Part shown: piece by piece, positions 10,701 through 18,050 of the stretch
Layout: each line of letters starts with the position of its first letter
Numbering within the stretch: position 1 is the first letter of the stretch
Source of the DNA: Bacteroidales bacterium
GTDB taxonomy: Bacteria; Bacteroidota; Bacteroidia; Bacteroidales; WCHB1-69
Assembly (NCBI GenBank): GCA_017525505.1
Contig: JAFXSR010000033.1
Span: 43,531 to 107,530 of the forward strand
DNA: 64,000 bases
Direction of reading: 5' to 3'
The notes under the pieces: model-generated
Databases searched by the model: none
What the model was told of the DNA's origin: nothing
What the model saw: the letters and a program-made list of their open reading frames with translations, nothing else
Position numbers and translations under genes: made by a program

Positions 10701-12246
10701 TGATGGTGTGGCCACCAACTACACTCAGGCCGACGATGTTGTTACCTTGACTGTTTCTTTCACAGCTATTGATACCAACCATGAAGTTAGTGTTCTCTTC
10801 GACCAGTTCATGTACAACATTACTGGTACTGTTGGCGCTAACGGTACTGTTAACGGTGAGACGACTATCAATGCTACATTGCCTTATGGCAGCAACTATG
10901 GCTTGACTATTACTCCTGCCGATAACTATCAGGTTGCTGATGTGGTTGTTGACGGTGCTAGCGTTGGTGCTGTTAATTTCTACGAATTTATCAATATCAC
11001 TGCTGACCACATTGTGGATGTAACCTTCGAGGCTACCATGTACACCTTGACCGCTACTTCTAACACTGAGGGTTGTACCATCACTCCTGCCACTACTACT
11101 GTTCAGGCTGGTAGCGATGTGAACTATACTTTGACTGTAGCTAACGGTTATCATTTGGAGAATGTTATCGCCAATGACCAGGAAGTTGCTGTGACCAACA
11201 ATGCTTTCACTATCAGCAATGTTCAGAGCGACTACACCATCTTCGCTAACTTCGCACCTAACTATGTGACTGTTACCGTTGATCAGCCCGATCATGCTAC
11301 TATCACTCCTGGTACGATGACATATGCTTACGGTGCTACTCCTTCATACATGATTGTTCCTGAAGTGGGTTATGACATTGTTAGCGTAACCGCTGGCAAC
11401 GCTGTTGTTCCTGTTTCTTACAACAACGGTATCGGTACCTTCATTTTGGATCCTGTACACGGCGATATCACTTTGACTGCCACTACCAGCATTAAGAAGT
11501 TCGAAATCACTGTTACCCAGGGTGAAAACGGTACCATTGCTCCTGGTACTCAGACCAATGTTGAATATGGTTCAAACAAGACCTTCACTATTACTCCTAA
11601 TGACTTCTATGTAATTGCTGACGTTATTGTTGATGGTTCAAGCAGAGGTGCTCTCAGCTCATACACCTTCTACAATGTAACCGGCAACCATACTATTACC
11701 GCTGTATTTGAAGCCAACTGCCAGAATCCGACCAACTTGACAGCTATGAATATCGATACTACATCCGCATTGTTGACCTGGATGGGTACCGCTCCGAGCT
11801 ACGAAGTTCGTTACAGAGCATTTGAATCAGGTATTTATATGAATGAGACTGTTACCACTACTTCACTGCAGCTGACTGACCTGCTTCCTGGCACTATGTA
11901 TGAATATGGTGTTAGAGCTATCTGCGGCGATAACATGACTTCTGATTGGGTTACCAATGTATTCACCACCAGAGCTCTGCCTGTTGGTCCTGTTGATGGT
12001 ATCGCAAACGCTGATATGTCAAGCATCAAAGTTTACAGCTTCCAGAACAATGTTTACATTGTGAATGAAGATGGTATCGATATAAGCAATGTTGACATCT
12101 ATGACATCTATGGCAAACAAGTTTATACCGGCAAGGTGCTGAGCAGCCCCGAAGTGATTTCACTGAACGTGGCTAACGGCAACTATGTGGTGAGACTGGC
12201 TACCGAAAATGGTGTTGGTGTTTACAAAGTCGCTATCGTAAGATAA
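1744..12246 (+). CDS. Giant (3,500 aa) T9SS-sorted cell-surface protein with FN3-like, PxCW beta-sandwich and B-repeat modules
   Basis: Signal peptide MKKFDTFQAFARGAKSLVAILLVMLMAVGNLFAQ. A chitobiase/FN3-associated-like segment reads GTYDAAQNVTIACATDGAAIYYTLDGTTPT. There are 9 Cys-bounded FN3-like modules (for example CSQPTALTATVDSTTAVITWTA...VQAVCG). Interleaved modules carry PxCW motifs (MPTCWEN, VPECWSKE, VPNCWDN, MPLCWNR). Eleven tandem modules of about 80 aa span roughly 9000-11715. The C-terminus is T9SS type-A-like (...IYDIYGKQVYTGKV...NGNYVVRLATENGVGVYKVAIVR). Confidence 0.9.
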   Translation: MKKFDTFQAFARGAKSLVAILLVMLMAVGNLFAQTTYTFSNYTAGTQYAIDEQHVLDDVLTIYTTDCHFRTDQLRIYSNTSHNGFFYSNALPNNIDSISFNIGYKVDNLLVYGSTDGLTWTLVGSIATTENYTDRGIGFGNNEFNYFKCDVEGDQQLRITSFTMFYKTTPEPPTPIVVSVPTFTPEAGTYDAAQNVTIACATDGAAIYYTLDGTTPTANSTLYENAIEITETATINAIAFVGETASDVATATYTINVTPIEPDEPDEPTVLDYDSIATLPYVYNFDDGIDPYFMAENGEAVNQWYVGQAQTFDNKKLYISSNFGVTNKYDVTKASTVVAYRDVMVPATGAVLSFDYRVNGQAGYDYLQVSLEHGNEAVPVAQLSGVNEWASFSYDISGELAGEVRVKFTWVNNATNGNQFPAAIDNLSVIETPCSQPTALTATVDSTTAVITWTAVEGQTAWNFQYRLADYSEWYTVPATETTVTLNDLQGNSNYEMRVQAVCGENVSAWTTGTFAVACQSETVVTTQDDVLIGNGTSTNSYLPFYGTYNYTYSQQIIDAAEINATNGSVYSVSFNCSSAPASTSTGNIKIWMANTTKSVFDSNTDYIDPANLTLVYEGPSSYAYQTGWNTFTFDTPFEYTGDNLVVAYYEGNGSWNGGSFYVHSTTTNKSIMHYNDTQSAVSYTSPATATGTKYFNMYRNNMKLNMDVTVVTCDDQIACVAPTGLEVSDITPNSAVLTWTAGAEGQTNFIVEYQAEGATEWTSVDVNDTTYTLTELAQLTNYFVKVKANCGDNNWSDVITASFRTVGICPPVTNLETSNVSNTTTLTWEPGGEESAWLVQFKPASEGGDAWTSINVSLLPMTTFGGLVGNVDYDVRVKALCDPENEENQSEWVNASFHSGCAAFDVPFTESFAASTMPTCWENTDFHFSTSSDGYAYSNTNGAELISPAINIPAENPTYLSFEVRGSGEYTVLASYRGTRADRFEVIYTGIAPNQNTNVVVVLADQYKGRAVNFKVVNNSTNYQYFHHLTVNQCPFEAASLTTSNVTGTTVDLAWEADEAAANFQVQYGEQGFTVGEGTTVDVTDTTAVTISELSYETAYDFYVRVVCEGDNGAWFGPVIAITAPSCSDPMNLSFDFTSAQLHWNNGEWGTPAQYNVRYKAENDAEYNYTSVIPVDMPGYTPFATISGLASNTTYEMGVQSVCGENMESNWVTIMVTTPCMPIAVTAENPYIEGFDGVDFVPECWSKEDNGTYAWSRSTSYAHTGLASANSGYYGDIYLNMPALSLPANPAQLSFWSFNTWPDDYDKNSVMISTDGINYTEIWSPTSVSQTWVKTTISLSAYANQTVYIAFKYEGDNAHGWFVDDVTVEAPSCSAPDLSIAGLTATITPGNFGTPVSYDLMIGEQTATVTETTVDLSTVFTLEGSTTYQVSVRANCGNEDYSDWSDAASFTTPCMAISSLPWNENFEGFDASTVPNCWDNSASTSSTLSNYPERIWGVYSYSGNKMMRMYNYYVQSGTALINSPVITLPNTGVYVLKFDYSHRASCGAFKVNVIEQGTTQAVELGSYTSTGSNDYTNPGTFTEADPISLAAYAGKSIILQFFSNANYGSGAIFVDNVAIEEAPSCMKPSSITVGTVTETTAQVSWTAGSSETEWEVSYTIGDQTITETTTENPYTITGLSASTHYVLPFSVKAICSATDESEVASTELIINTVCGLVAVPFAENFDTYTSTTTQSSMVMPLCWNRKFTGTSTSYGAGIYNSSSYAVSGTNSLRLYSYCTTSTSTSYGEVYAVLPQMDAAINTLMISFDAKAYNSTSAYYGSRLDVGVVTDAANPETSFTLIQTISAPVAGERFTIPLSDYSGNGYIAFRETKEKPEGYTNSYWYNYTYVDNILVEAIPTCFVPSSLTVSEVTDHTAAVNWADSYDQAAYAVEYMAEGDATWTSVSVDTTYTLLNNLQASTNYAVRVKAVCGTEDESEYTDEVEFTTNCEHGVQVEFTGTSTSTYIPTYGNYNYSFSQQIFKSSEINAATTISGFEIEVSNTGSKARNIDIYMMHTSANEITSWLPMDNAQLVYSGVVAFTEGWQQINFDTPFNYNGTDNLVLIVDDNTGSWGSYPTFRTHAGGSNIARYYYTDSYNVDPFNPGATAAGSAYTYRNNIRITNCPEATDLAITDINTFADACDVEGAVTVGVKNMGYEGTVSTFEAYYQVNEETPVHETVTLATPIAFNEAATYTFNQLPAFTTGENTLTAWVELTGDAVDANNTITSAPITVLAPIAVPYEEAFTGLTINHGWNPIDANNDGVTMNLNNNINYTFNDLAAADDWMMSPCIEMAAGTYTIIYDYKANSSLTESFEVFYGNGAHIADMTNAVATHSFNNTINETATTTITIDADGIYNFGFHATSLPGNLGFSIDNFKVYPVNDVIVTYNELGGTVTPNDTIAVNYGEDLTLNLVPNPMYHVAGVWVDNVQVVPEDGTGANFMLYTLENVTEPHTVFVDFKLEFHIFKTVENYRSDLYSDLGGKFVNTELPVDTTINPDPFTVNMEADPHYFLTGLTLSPMDPDMQIDVFADVVDNGDGTYSYTIDTLVVANYYLNATFRRDTVAINYNVLTGKGYANDSELMTAGDTYTTWVDYSVNNDVDTTIAFYADEIDGYHIVDVIVNGESQGRVDSYTFENVTETQNVDLKFGYRIDAFVSNYNTYDSITDIMGTIIPDTQYVAEYDPMMVIGTVEEHFHLYQFFVNGVNRIDEVVFGSDPHYYYFTMDSIAENYTIEAVVKVDTFAITYNVMAGQGYADASDLLVEGESFSTVVNYADNWYSNIIPATGYSIDNVTLDGQNLYTANNYQFNYVEESHEFYIYFEPNTYTVTTNAYGNGLVSDGITFTYDPDSTVNYEFNAMAAEGYHIASVVINNAEVEVTDPQTFAYTIENVADNYLINVYFAINTYTMTAEASQGGVITPNGVQVVNYGDDVDYEIVANQGWYIAQTVIDGVATNYTQADDVVTLTVSFTAIDTNHEVSVLFDQFMYNITGTVGANGTVNGETTINATLPYGSNYGLTITPADNYQVADVVVDGASVGAVNFYEFINITADHIVDVTFEATMYTLTATSNTEGCTITPATTTVQAGSDVNYTLTVANGYHLENVIANDQEVAVTNNAFTISNVQSDYTIFANFAPNYVTVTVDQPDHATITPGTMTYAYGATPSYMIVPEVGYDIVSVTAGNAVVPVSYNNGIGTFILDPVHGDITLTATTSIKKFEITVTQGENGTIAPGTQTNVEYGSNKTFTITPNDFYVIADVIVDGSSRGALSSYTFYNVTGNHTITAVFEANCQNPTNLTAMNIDTTSALLTWMGTAPSYEVRYRAFESGIYMNETVTTTSLQLTDLLPGTMYEYGVRAICGDNMTSDWVTNVFTTRALPVGPVDGIANADMSSIKVYSFQNNVYIVNEDGIDISNVDIYDIYGKQVYTGKVLSSPEVISLNVANGNYVVRLATENGVGVYKVAIVR
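9000..11715 (+). repeat. Eleven tandem modules of about 75-90 aa (InlB B-repeat-like) inside the giant CDS
   Basis: Recurrent pattern Y[TN][VLMI]T...G[GN]G.[VI].P....V.YG.......P..GY.I..V..[DN]G......Y.F.N[VI]..[DN]H.[IV].V.F. Module starts read YTVTTNAYGNG, YTMTAEASQGG, YNITGTVGANG, YTLTATSNTEGC, VTVTVDQPDHA and FEITVTQGENG. Confidence 0.75.
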
Positions 12247-12257
12247 TAACCTATTCT

Positions 12258-12287
12258 TGTAGAGACTCGTTTAATCGCGTCTCTACA
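12258..12287 (+). terminator. Hairpin downstream of the giant gene
   Basis: tgtagagac...gtctctaca forms a 9 bp stem 12 nt after the stop codon. Confidence 0.5.
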
Positions 12288-12297
12288 AAATATTACA

Positions 12298-12326
12298 CGG
12301 GGTATCGGAAGGTACCCCGTTTTTTT
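12298..12326 (+). terminator. Rho-independent terminator
   Basis: cggggta-tcggaag-taccccg is followed by ttttttt. Confidence 0.7.
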
Positions 12327-12387
12327 ATGGATCAAATATATGCAATAGAACAAATTATGAATTCTAAATTCAAAGTTCATAATTCAA

Positions 12388-12415
12388 TTAGCACATTAGC
12401 ACATTAGCACATTGA
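12388..12415. repeat. 9-nt word array (TTAGCACAT x3)
   Basis: The sequence is attagcacattagcacattagcacattgac. The complementary words aatgtgctaatgtgccaatgg recur at about 38716-38737. Confidence 0.8.
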
Positions 12416-12429
12416 CTAATTATTTTTTG

Positions 12430-12437
12430 TATCTTTG
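12430..12437 (+). promoter_or_regulatory. TAnnTTTG promoter box for typA
   Basis: TATCTTTG lies 30 nt upstream of the ATG at 12467. Confidence 0.6.
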
Positions 12438-12466
12438 CACCCTTAAAAATAATACGTTCTCAGAAG

Positions 12467-14287
12467 ATGCAAAACATTAGAAATATTGCGATTATCGCTC
12501 ACGTTGACCATGGCAAAACCACCTTGGTTGACCGTATTTTATACCAAGCACACCTGTTTCGCGCCAACCAGCAGGTGCAGGAACTGGTACTGGACAACAA
12601 TGACTTGGAAAGAGAAAGAGGTATCACTATCCTTTCCAAGAATGTGTCGGTAAGATACAAGGACTGCAAGATTAATGTCATTGACACTCCGGGACACAGT
12701 GACTTCGGTGGCGAGGTAGAGCGTGTGCTGAACATGGCCGATGGCGTGTTGTTAGTGGTGGACGCTTTCGAAGGCCCCATGCCCCAGACTCGTTTTGTGA
12801 CCCAGAAAGCCATAGAATTGGGCCTCAAACCGATTGTGGTCATCAATAAGGTAGATAAGCCAAACTGCAATCCCGAACTCGCCCAGGAGGCCGTTTTTGA
12901 GCTTATGTTCAATTTGGGTGCCACCGACGACCAGCTGGATTTCCCCACGGTTTATGGTTCGGCCAAACAAGGCTGGATGGGCCCCGACTGGAAAACTCCG
13001 ACCAACGATATTTCTTATTTGTTAGACCAGATTATAGAGCATATTCCTGCCCCCAAAGTGGAAGAGGGTAGCTTGCAGATGATGATTTCCTCTTTGGATT
13101 ATTCCTCTTACGTGGGCCGAATTGCTGTAGGCCGTATCAGAAGAGGTACTCTGGAATGGGGCCAGAATGTGTCGTTGGTGAAACGCGACGGCAACATTGT
13201 TCCTTCAAAAGTCAAAGAATTGTATGTGTTTGAGGGCTTGGGCAAAGAGAAAATAAAAACTCCAGTGGAAGCTGGTGAGTTATGCGCCGTTCTGGGTCTT
13301 GACAATTTTGAGATCGGTGATACGGTGGCCGATGCTTTGGAACCCGAAGGTTTGCCGCCTATCAAGGTGGATGAGCCCACCATGAGCATGTTGTTCACTA
13401 TCAATAATTCCCCGTTCTTTGGAAAAGAAGGCAAATATGTGACTTCAAGACATTTGCGTGACCGTTTGTTCCTTGAGTTGGAGAAAAATTTGGCTTTGCG
13501 TGTGGAAGAGACCGGCTCACCCGATATGCTGAATGTGTTCGGACGTGGTGTTTTGCATCTGTCTGTGCTCATCGAGACCATGCGTCGCGAGGGATATGAG
13601 TTGCAGGTAGGTCAACCTCAGGTTATCATCAAGGAAATAGATGGCCAGAAATGCGAACCAGTGGAGCAGTTGACAGTGTTGGTGCCGGAAGAGTTTTCCA
13701 GCCGTGTCATTGACTTTGTGACCCGTCGCAAGGGTGATTTGATCAATATTGAGACAGTGAACGACCGTGTGCATTTGGATTTCCAGATTCCTTCCAGAGG
13801 TATTATCGGCTTGCGCAACCAGGTGCTGACTGCCACCGAGGGTGAGGCAATTATGTCACACCGTTTTATTGAGTTCCAGCCATGGAAGGGCGAAATCCAG
13901 GGCCGTCATGCGGGTGTGCTCATCGCCATGGAAACAGGCCAGAGTTATCCTTACGCCATCGACAAGCTGCAGGATCGTGGCCGTTTCTTTATCGACCCTA
14001 ACGACCAGGTGTATGCCGGTCAAGTCATTGGAGAACATATCCGTCCCGACGATTTGGTGGTGAATGTGTGCAAGTCGAAAAAACTGTCTAATATGCGTGC
14101 CGCCGGTAGTGACGAGAAAATGCACATTGCTCCTGCCATCAAGATGTCGCTGGAGGAATACATGGAGTACATCGGTCCCGATGAATATTTGGAAATCACT
14201 CCGCAATCACTCCGCCTCCGCAAGATTATTCTGGATGAGACTGAGCGCAAACGCCACAATATCAAGACACAACAACAAGCGCAATAA
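12467..14287 (+). CDS. typA: Translational GTPase TypA/BipA
   Basis: N-terminus NIAIIAHVDHGKTTLVDRIL, DTPGHSDFGGEVER and NKVDK G-motifs. It is 606 aa with an EF-G-like domain layout. Confidence 0.95.
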   Translation: MQNIRNIAIIAHVDHGKTTLVDRILYQAHLFRANQQVQELVLDNNDLERERGITILSKNVSVRYKDCKINVIDTPGHSDFGGEVERVLNMADGVLLVVDAFEGPMPQTRFVTQKAIELGLKPIVVINKVDKPNCNPELAQEAVFELMFNLGATDDQLDFPTVYGSAKQGWMGPDWKTPTNDISYLLDQIIEHIPAPKVEEGSLQMMISSLDYSSYVGRIAVGRIRRGTLEWGQNVSLVKRDGNIVPSKVKELYVFEGLGKEKIKTPVEAGELCAVLGLDNFEIGDTVADALEPEGLPPIKVDEPTMSMLFTINNSPFFGKEGKYVTSRHLRDRLFLELEKNLALRVEETGSPDMLNVFGRGVLHLSVLIETMRREGYELQVGQPQVIIKEIDGQKCEPVEQLTVLVPEEFSSRVIDFVTRRKGDLINIETVNDRVHLDFQIPSRGIIGLRNQVLTATEGEAIMSHRFIEFQPWKGEIQGRHAGVLIAMETGQSYPYAIDKLQDRGRFFIDPNDQVYAGQVIGEHIRPDDLVVNVCKSKKLSNMRAAGSDEKMHIAPAIKMSLEEYMEYIGPDEYLEITPQSLRLRKIILDETERKRHNIKTQQQAQ

Positions 14288-14317
14288 TAGGAGATAGGAC
14301 ATAGTGATTAGGTATAG

Positions 14318-14350
14318 TAGAGACGCACTGCCGTGCGTCTCTAAAAAAAT
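14318..14350 (+). terminator. Rho-independent terminator after typA
   Basis: tagagacgcac-tgcc-gtgcgtctcta is followed by aaaaaaatttt. Confidence 0.6.
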
Positions 14351-14384
14351 TTTCATCATCTATTGCTAATTCAAAAAAAAGTTG

Positions 14385-14392
14385 TACTTTTG
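14385..14392 (+). promoter_or_regulatory. TAnnTTTG promoter box for tRNA-Cys
   Basis: TACTTTTG lies 14 nt upstream of the mature tRNA 5' end. Confidence 0.6.
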
Positions 14393-14405
14393 CAGTCTCA
14401 AAAAA

Positions 14406-14476
14406 GGTCTCTTGGCCGAGTGGCTAGGCGCTGGTCTGCAAAACCATTTACTCCAGTTCGAGTCTGGAAGAGACCT
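14406..14476 (+). tRNA. tRNA-Cys (GCA)
   Basis: Hand-folded 71 nt cloverleaf. The acceptor stem is ggtctct/agagacc, the anticodon loop is ctGCAaa, and the T arm is tccag-ttcgagt-ctgga. The D stem is short (3 bp) and no CCA is encoded. Confidence 0.85.
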
Positions 14477-14484
14477 CTCGAAAA

Positions 14485-14512
14485 AAGGCTGACAATCGAC
14501 AGCCTTTTTTTG
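14485..14512 (+). terminator. Rho-independent terminator after tRNA-Cys
   Basis: aaggctg-acaatcg-acagcctt is followed by tttttt. Confidence 0.7.
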
Positions 14513-14545
14513 TTTTAAATCCATGCATAATTTAGGAAAAATATG

Positions 14546-14553
14546 TACTTTTG
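14546..14553 (+). promoter_or_regulatory. TAnnTTTG promoter box for ftcD
   Basis: TACTTTTG lies 56 nt upstream of the ATG at 14609. Confidence 0.5.
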
Positions 14554-14608
14554 TATTTATAGATTGAATTATCAAGATATTAATAATCAATAAAATAGAA
14601 AAACAACT

Positions 14609-16306
14609 ATGAAACAATTAATCGAATGTGTTCCCAATTTCAGCGAGGGACGTAATTTGGACTTGATCAAACAGATTACCGATGAGATAGAAAAATCGGA
14701 GGGTGTGAAACTGCTGGATGTGGATCCCGGCTTTACTACCAACCGTACGGTGGTGACCTTTGTCGGTACTCCCGACGAGGTGGTGGCAACCGCCTACAAG
14801 GTGATTGCCAAGGCCAAGGAACTGATTGACATGAGAGGCCATCACGGCGACCACCCGCGTTTCGGTGCCACCGATGTGTGCCCCTTGGTGCCTGTTTCCA
14901 ACATCACCATGGAAGAGACCGCTGAATATGCCCGCAAGTTGGCCAAGAAGGTGGGTGAGGAACTCAACATTCCAGTGTTCTGTTACGAGAACGCCGCTTT
15001 CGAACCCAAACGCCGTAACCTGGCCAATTGTCGTCAGGGTGAGTATGAGGCACTGAAGGAGCGTATTGCCAGTGCCGAATGGAAACCCGATTTCGGTCCA
15101 TGCGAGTTCACAGAGGAAGTGGCCAAAAGCGGTGCTTCCGCTATCGGTGCCCGTGACTTCCTCATCGCGGTGAACTACAACCTGAATACCACTTCCACCC
15201 GCCGCGCCAACGCCATCGCTTTCGACGTGCGTGAGAAAGGCCGCCCGAAACGCGAGGGCAATCCGATTACCGGCAAAATCATGAAAGACGAAAACGGCAA
15301 TCCGATTAATATTCCCGGCACATTGAAGGGGACAAAGGCCATTGGCTGGTTTATCAAGGAATACGGTGTGGCTCAGGTATCTATGAACATTACTGACACC
15401 AACGCCACCCCGCTGCATGTGGCTTTCGAGGAGGTGCGCAAAAAAGCTGATGCCCGTGGCATCCGCGTGACCGGTACGGAAATCGTGGGCTTGGTGCCTA
15501 AGAAAACCCTGATAGACGCTGGTAAATACTTCCTGAGAAAACAGCAGCGCTCGTTGGGTATCGACGAGGCCGAAATTATCAAGATCGCCATCAAATCCAT
15601 GGGCTTGGACGACCTGAAACCCTTCATTCCGGAAGAAAAAGTTATTGAATATCTGATTGAGAAAGACAACAAGAGCGAGAAGCTGATGGACATGACCTGC
15701 ACGGGTTTTGCCAATGAGACCGCTTCCGAGAGTCCCGCTCCCGGCGGTGGTTCCATCTCCGCATATATGGGCAGCCTGGGTGCCGCTCTGGGTACGATGG
15801 TGGCCAATCTGTCCTCACACAAACCAGGTTGGGACGAGCGTTGGGAAGAATTCTCACAATGGGCTGAAAAGGGTCAGAAAATCAAAGACGACCTTTTGTG
15901 GCTGGTGGACGAGGACACCCATTCTTTCAATCTGATCATGGAGGCTTTTGGTATGCCCAAGGGCAACGATGCCGAGAAAGCCGCCCGCAAACAGGCTATC
16001 CAGGATGCCACAAAATATGCTATCGAGGTGCCGTACAAAACCATCCAGCGCAGCTTCGATGTGTTTGAGCTTTGCGCCGCCATGATTGAGAAGGGCAATC
16101 CGAATTCTGTGACTGATGCCGGTGTTGGTGTGTTGTGTGCCCGCGCCGCTGTCATGGGGGCCTACCTGAACGTGAAAATCAACGCTTCCAGCTTGGAAGA
16201 CAAAGCTTTTGCGGAAGAAATGGTAAGCAAAGCCCAGGCCTATGTGGTGAAAGCCAAAGAGCTTGAGACCGCATTGATGGCGAAGGTAGAGGAAGTGATC
16301 GGTTAA
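14609..16306 (+). CDS. ftcD: Bifunctional glutamate formimidoyltransferase / formimidoyltetrahydrofolate cyclodeaminase
   Basis: The N-terminus MKQLIECVPNFSEGRN is the hallmark of formiminotransferases. The C-terminal cyclodeaminase segment reads SESPAPGGGSISAYMGSLGAALGTMVANLS. Confidence 0.9.
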   Translation: MKQLIECVPNFSEGRNLDLIKQITDEIEKSEGVKLLDVDPGFTTNRTVVTFVGTPDEVVATAYKVIAKAKELIDMRGHHGDHPRFGATDVCPLVPVSNITMEETAEYARKLAKKVGEELNIPVFCYENAAFEPKRRNLANCRQGEYEALKERIASAEWKPDFGPCEFTEEVAKSGASAIGARDFLIAVNYNLNTTSTRRANAIAFDVREKGRPKREGNPITGKIMKDENGNPINIPGTLKGTKAIGWFIKEYGVAQVSMNITDTNATPLHVAFEEVRKKADARGIRVTGTEIVGLVPKKTLIDAGKYFLRKQQRSLGIDEAEIIKIAIKSMGLDDLKPFIPEEKVIEYLIEKDNKSEKLMDMTCTGFANETASESPAPGGGSISAYMGSLGAALGTMVANLSSHKPGWDERWEEFSQWAEKGQKIKDDLLWLVDEDTHSFNLIMEAFGMPKGNDAEKAARKQAIQDATKYAIEVPYKTIQRSFDVFELCAAMIEKGNPNSVTDAGVGVLCARAAVMGAYLNVKINASSLEDKAFAEEMVSKAQAYVVKAKELETALMAKVEEVIG

Positions 16307-16307
16307 A

Positions 16308-16450
16308 CGTGGAGATGTTAAGACGTGAAGACACTCACTCTGTTCGTTCGTCAAGACACTCGCTTCGCTCGTTCGTGGAGGTGTGAAGGCGGAAAAAACA
16401 GAATGTCGTCTTAACGAATGCACGAAGTGCATGTCTTCACGCCTTCACGT
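16308..16450. repeat. Inverted word-array hairpin downstream of ftcD
   Basis: Forward words (gttaagacgtgaagaca, ggaggtgtgaaggcg) sit at 16308-16392. Their complements (cgtcttaac, tgtcttcacgccttcacgt) sit at 16405-16450, around an aaaaaacagaat loop. Confidence 0.65.
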
Positions 16451-16497
16451 ATAAACGAATAAACAATTAAACATATCAACAATCCAACAAAAAATAG

Positions 16498-16505
16498 TAT
16501 ATTTG
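16498..16505 (+). promoter_or_regulatory. TAnnTTTG promoter box for nusB operon
   Basis: TATATTTG lies 19 nt upstream of the ATG at 16524. Confidence 0.6.
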
Positions 16506-16523
16506 CAGCGCTAAAAGAAAAAC

Positions 16524-17480
16524 ATGGTAAGCAGACGTTATTTGAGAATCAAGGTAATGCAGGCCATCTTCGCCCATCAGATGAATGACAGGGAAGATGT
16601 GGTGGAAGGTGAGAAGAAACTGAACGACGCCATCCAGTCCTGCTATACCCTGTTCATCTATTTTTTCTCCTTGTTCTCGGCTATTTACCGCTATAGGGTA
16701 AATAAACTCGAGGATTTGAAAAACAAGATCAATCCCACCGAGGCGGATCTGAATCCCAATACCAAGTTCGTGGATAATAAGGTAATCTTGCAAATTGATG
16801 AGAATGTTACGCTGAACAAAAAGTTCAAGGAACTGAAAATCAACTGGGCCAACGATGTGGATTTCATTGTGCAGGTGAATCATGAAATAGTTGAATTACC
16901 CGAATATCAGCGCTACATGGCAAATCCTCAGCGAAGCTATAACGAGGATAAGGAATTGGTGCTGGCCATTGTGGAGAAAGTTTTTGTGGAGAGCAAGCTG
17001 ATCCATTGGTTTTTCGAGGAAAAGAATATCCACTGGTTCGACGATTACAACGAGGCTTTGCTGATGTTGTACAAAAATATCCAGCAGTTCAAGGAATCGA
17101 AGAAGGATAATTGCACTATCTCGACTTTGTTCAAGCCGGTGGCAGAAGGGGAAGAGAGTGACATGCAGTTCTATAAATGTCTCTACACCCTGACTTTGGC
17201 GCATAATAACGAGTACGAGGAAAGAATAGAGCAGAAGTTGCAGAACTGGGAGTTGGAGCGTATCATGGAGCTGGATATCATTCTGATGAAAATGGCGCTA
17301 TGCGAATTCACGGAGTTCCCCAGCATCCCGGTGAAAGTGACGATTAATGAGTACATTGAGTTGGCGAAGACCTACAGCTCACAAAAGAGCAAGGTTTTCA
17401 TCAACGGTATGTTGGACAAGATGGCGGTGGACTTGAAGGAAGAAGGGAAGCTGAATAAGATGGGGAGAGGGTTGGTGTGA
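16524..17480 (+). CDS. nusB: Transcription antitermination factor NusB (long Bacteroidota form)
   Basis: N-terminus SRRYLRIKVMQAIFAH. The C-terminal NusB core reads LERIMELDIILMKMALCEFTEFPSIPVKVTINEYIELAKTYSSQKSKVFINGMLDK. Confidence 0.85.
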   Translation: MVSRRYLRIKVMQAIFAHQMNDREDVVEGEKKLNDAIQSCYTLFIYFFSLFSAIYRYRVNKLEDLKNKINPTEADLNPNTKFVDNKVILQIDENVTLNKKFKELKINWANDVDFIVQVNHEIVELPEYQRYMANPQRSYNEDKELVLAIVEKVFVESKLIHWFFEEKNIHWFDDYNEALLMLYKNIQQFKESKKDNCTISTLFKPVAEGEESDMQFYKCLYTLTLAHNNEYEERIEQKLQNWELERIMELDIILMKMALCEFTEFPSIPVKVTINEYIELAKTYSSQKSKVFINGMLDKMAVDLKEEGKLNKMGRGLV

Positions 17481-17550
17481 GTGTAAAGTACATAGTGTAA
17501 AGTACATAGTGTAAAGTACATAGTATAAAGTATATAGTATAAAGTTTAGG
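17481..17550. repeat. 14-nt tandem word array x5 (GTGTAAAGTACATA and variants)
   Basis: It starts at the base after the nusB stop: three exact copies, then gtataaagtatata and gtataaagtttagg. Confidence 0.9.
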
Positions 17551-17559
17551 AGGTTTAAA

Positions 17560-18024
17560 ATGAAAAGAACACTGATAATTTGTACTATTTGCCTAATAAG
17601 CATTTTCTTGGTAGCTTGCGGAGAGAAGAACAACTCTGAGGGCTTTACCACTGCGGATGTGCATAACCCCATGACAGCAGAGGGCCTGTCCAAAAAGGAT
17701 GCCGAGAAGATGCCGGTGCTGACTTTCGAGAACTTGGAATACGATTTCGGCAGGGTTATCAAAGGAGAGAAGCTGAGTTATTCTTTCAAATTCAAAAATA
17801 CCGGTAAATCCAACCTGATTATCTCCAGCGCGCGCTCTTCCTGCGGCTGCACCACTTCAACCCCTCCGCAGGCACCCATCAGACCAGGTGAATCCGGGGA
17901 AATCGGGGTGACTTTCGACTCGAAGAACCAGCATGGAGAGGTGAATAAAATGGTAGTGGTGTCCGCTAACACCTATCCGGTACAAACTACCCTCAGATTA
18001 AAAGCCACTGTAGTTGAACCTTAA
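17560..18024 (+). CDS. DUF1573-family lipoprotein
   Basis: Lipobox LVAC. The characteristic motif is SSARSSCGCTTSTPPQAPIRPGESGEIGVTFD. Confidence 0.75.
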   Translation: MKRTLIICTICLISIFLVACGEKNNSEGFTTADVHNPMTAEGLSKKDAEKMPVLTFENLEYDFGRVIKGEKLSYSFKFKNTGKSNLIISSARSSCGCTTSTPPQAPIRPGESGEIGVTFDSKNQHGEVNKMVVVSANTYPVQTTLRLKATVVEP

Positions 18025-18050
18025 TTAATTATCAATATAAAAAACTGAAA

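Noticed and set aside
10591-11295. 234 aa antisense ORF inside the giant adhesin gene. Similar long antisense ORFs occur in ftcD (14618-15418), xseA (32908-33729), purB (53423-54361), the GT39 gene (27766-28557) and the FG-GAP gene (59465-60397).
   Set aside because: Each is a shadow frame of a strongly supported gene on the opposite strand. They have low-complexity or biased composition, no start-site context and no motifs.
17537-17559. AGGAGG 7 nt upstream of the DUF1573 ATG, considered as a Shine-Dalgarno site.
   Set aside because: It is the tail of the last degenerate 14-mer/GGTTTAGGAGG word. Other genes in the window lack SD sequences, consistent with Bacteroidota. It is probably coincidental.
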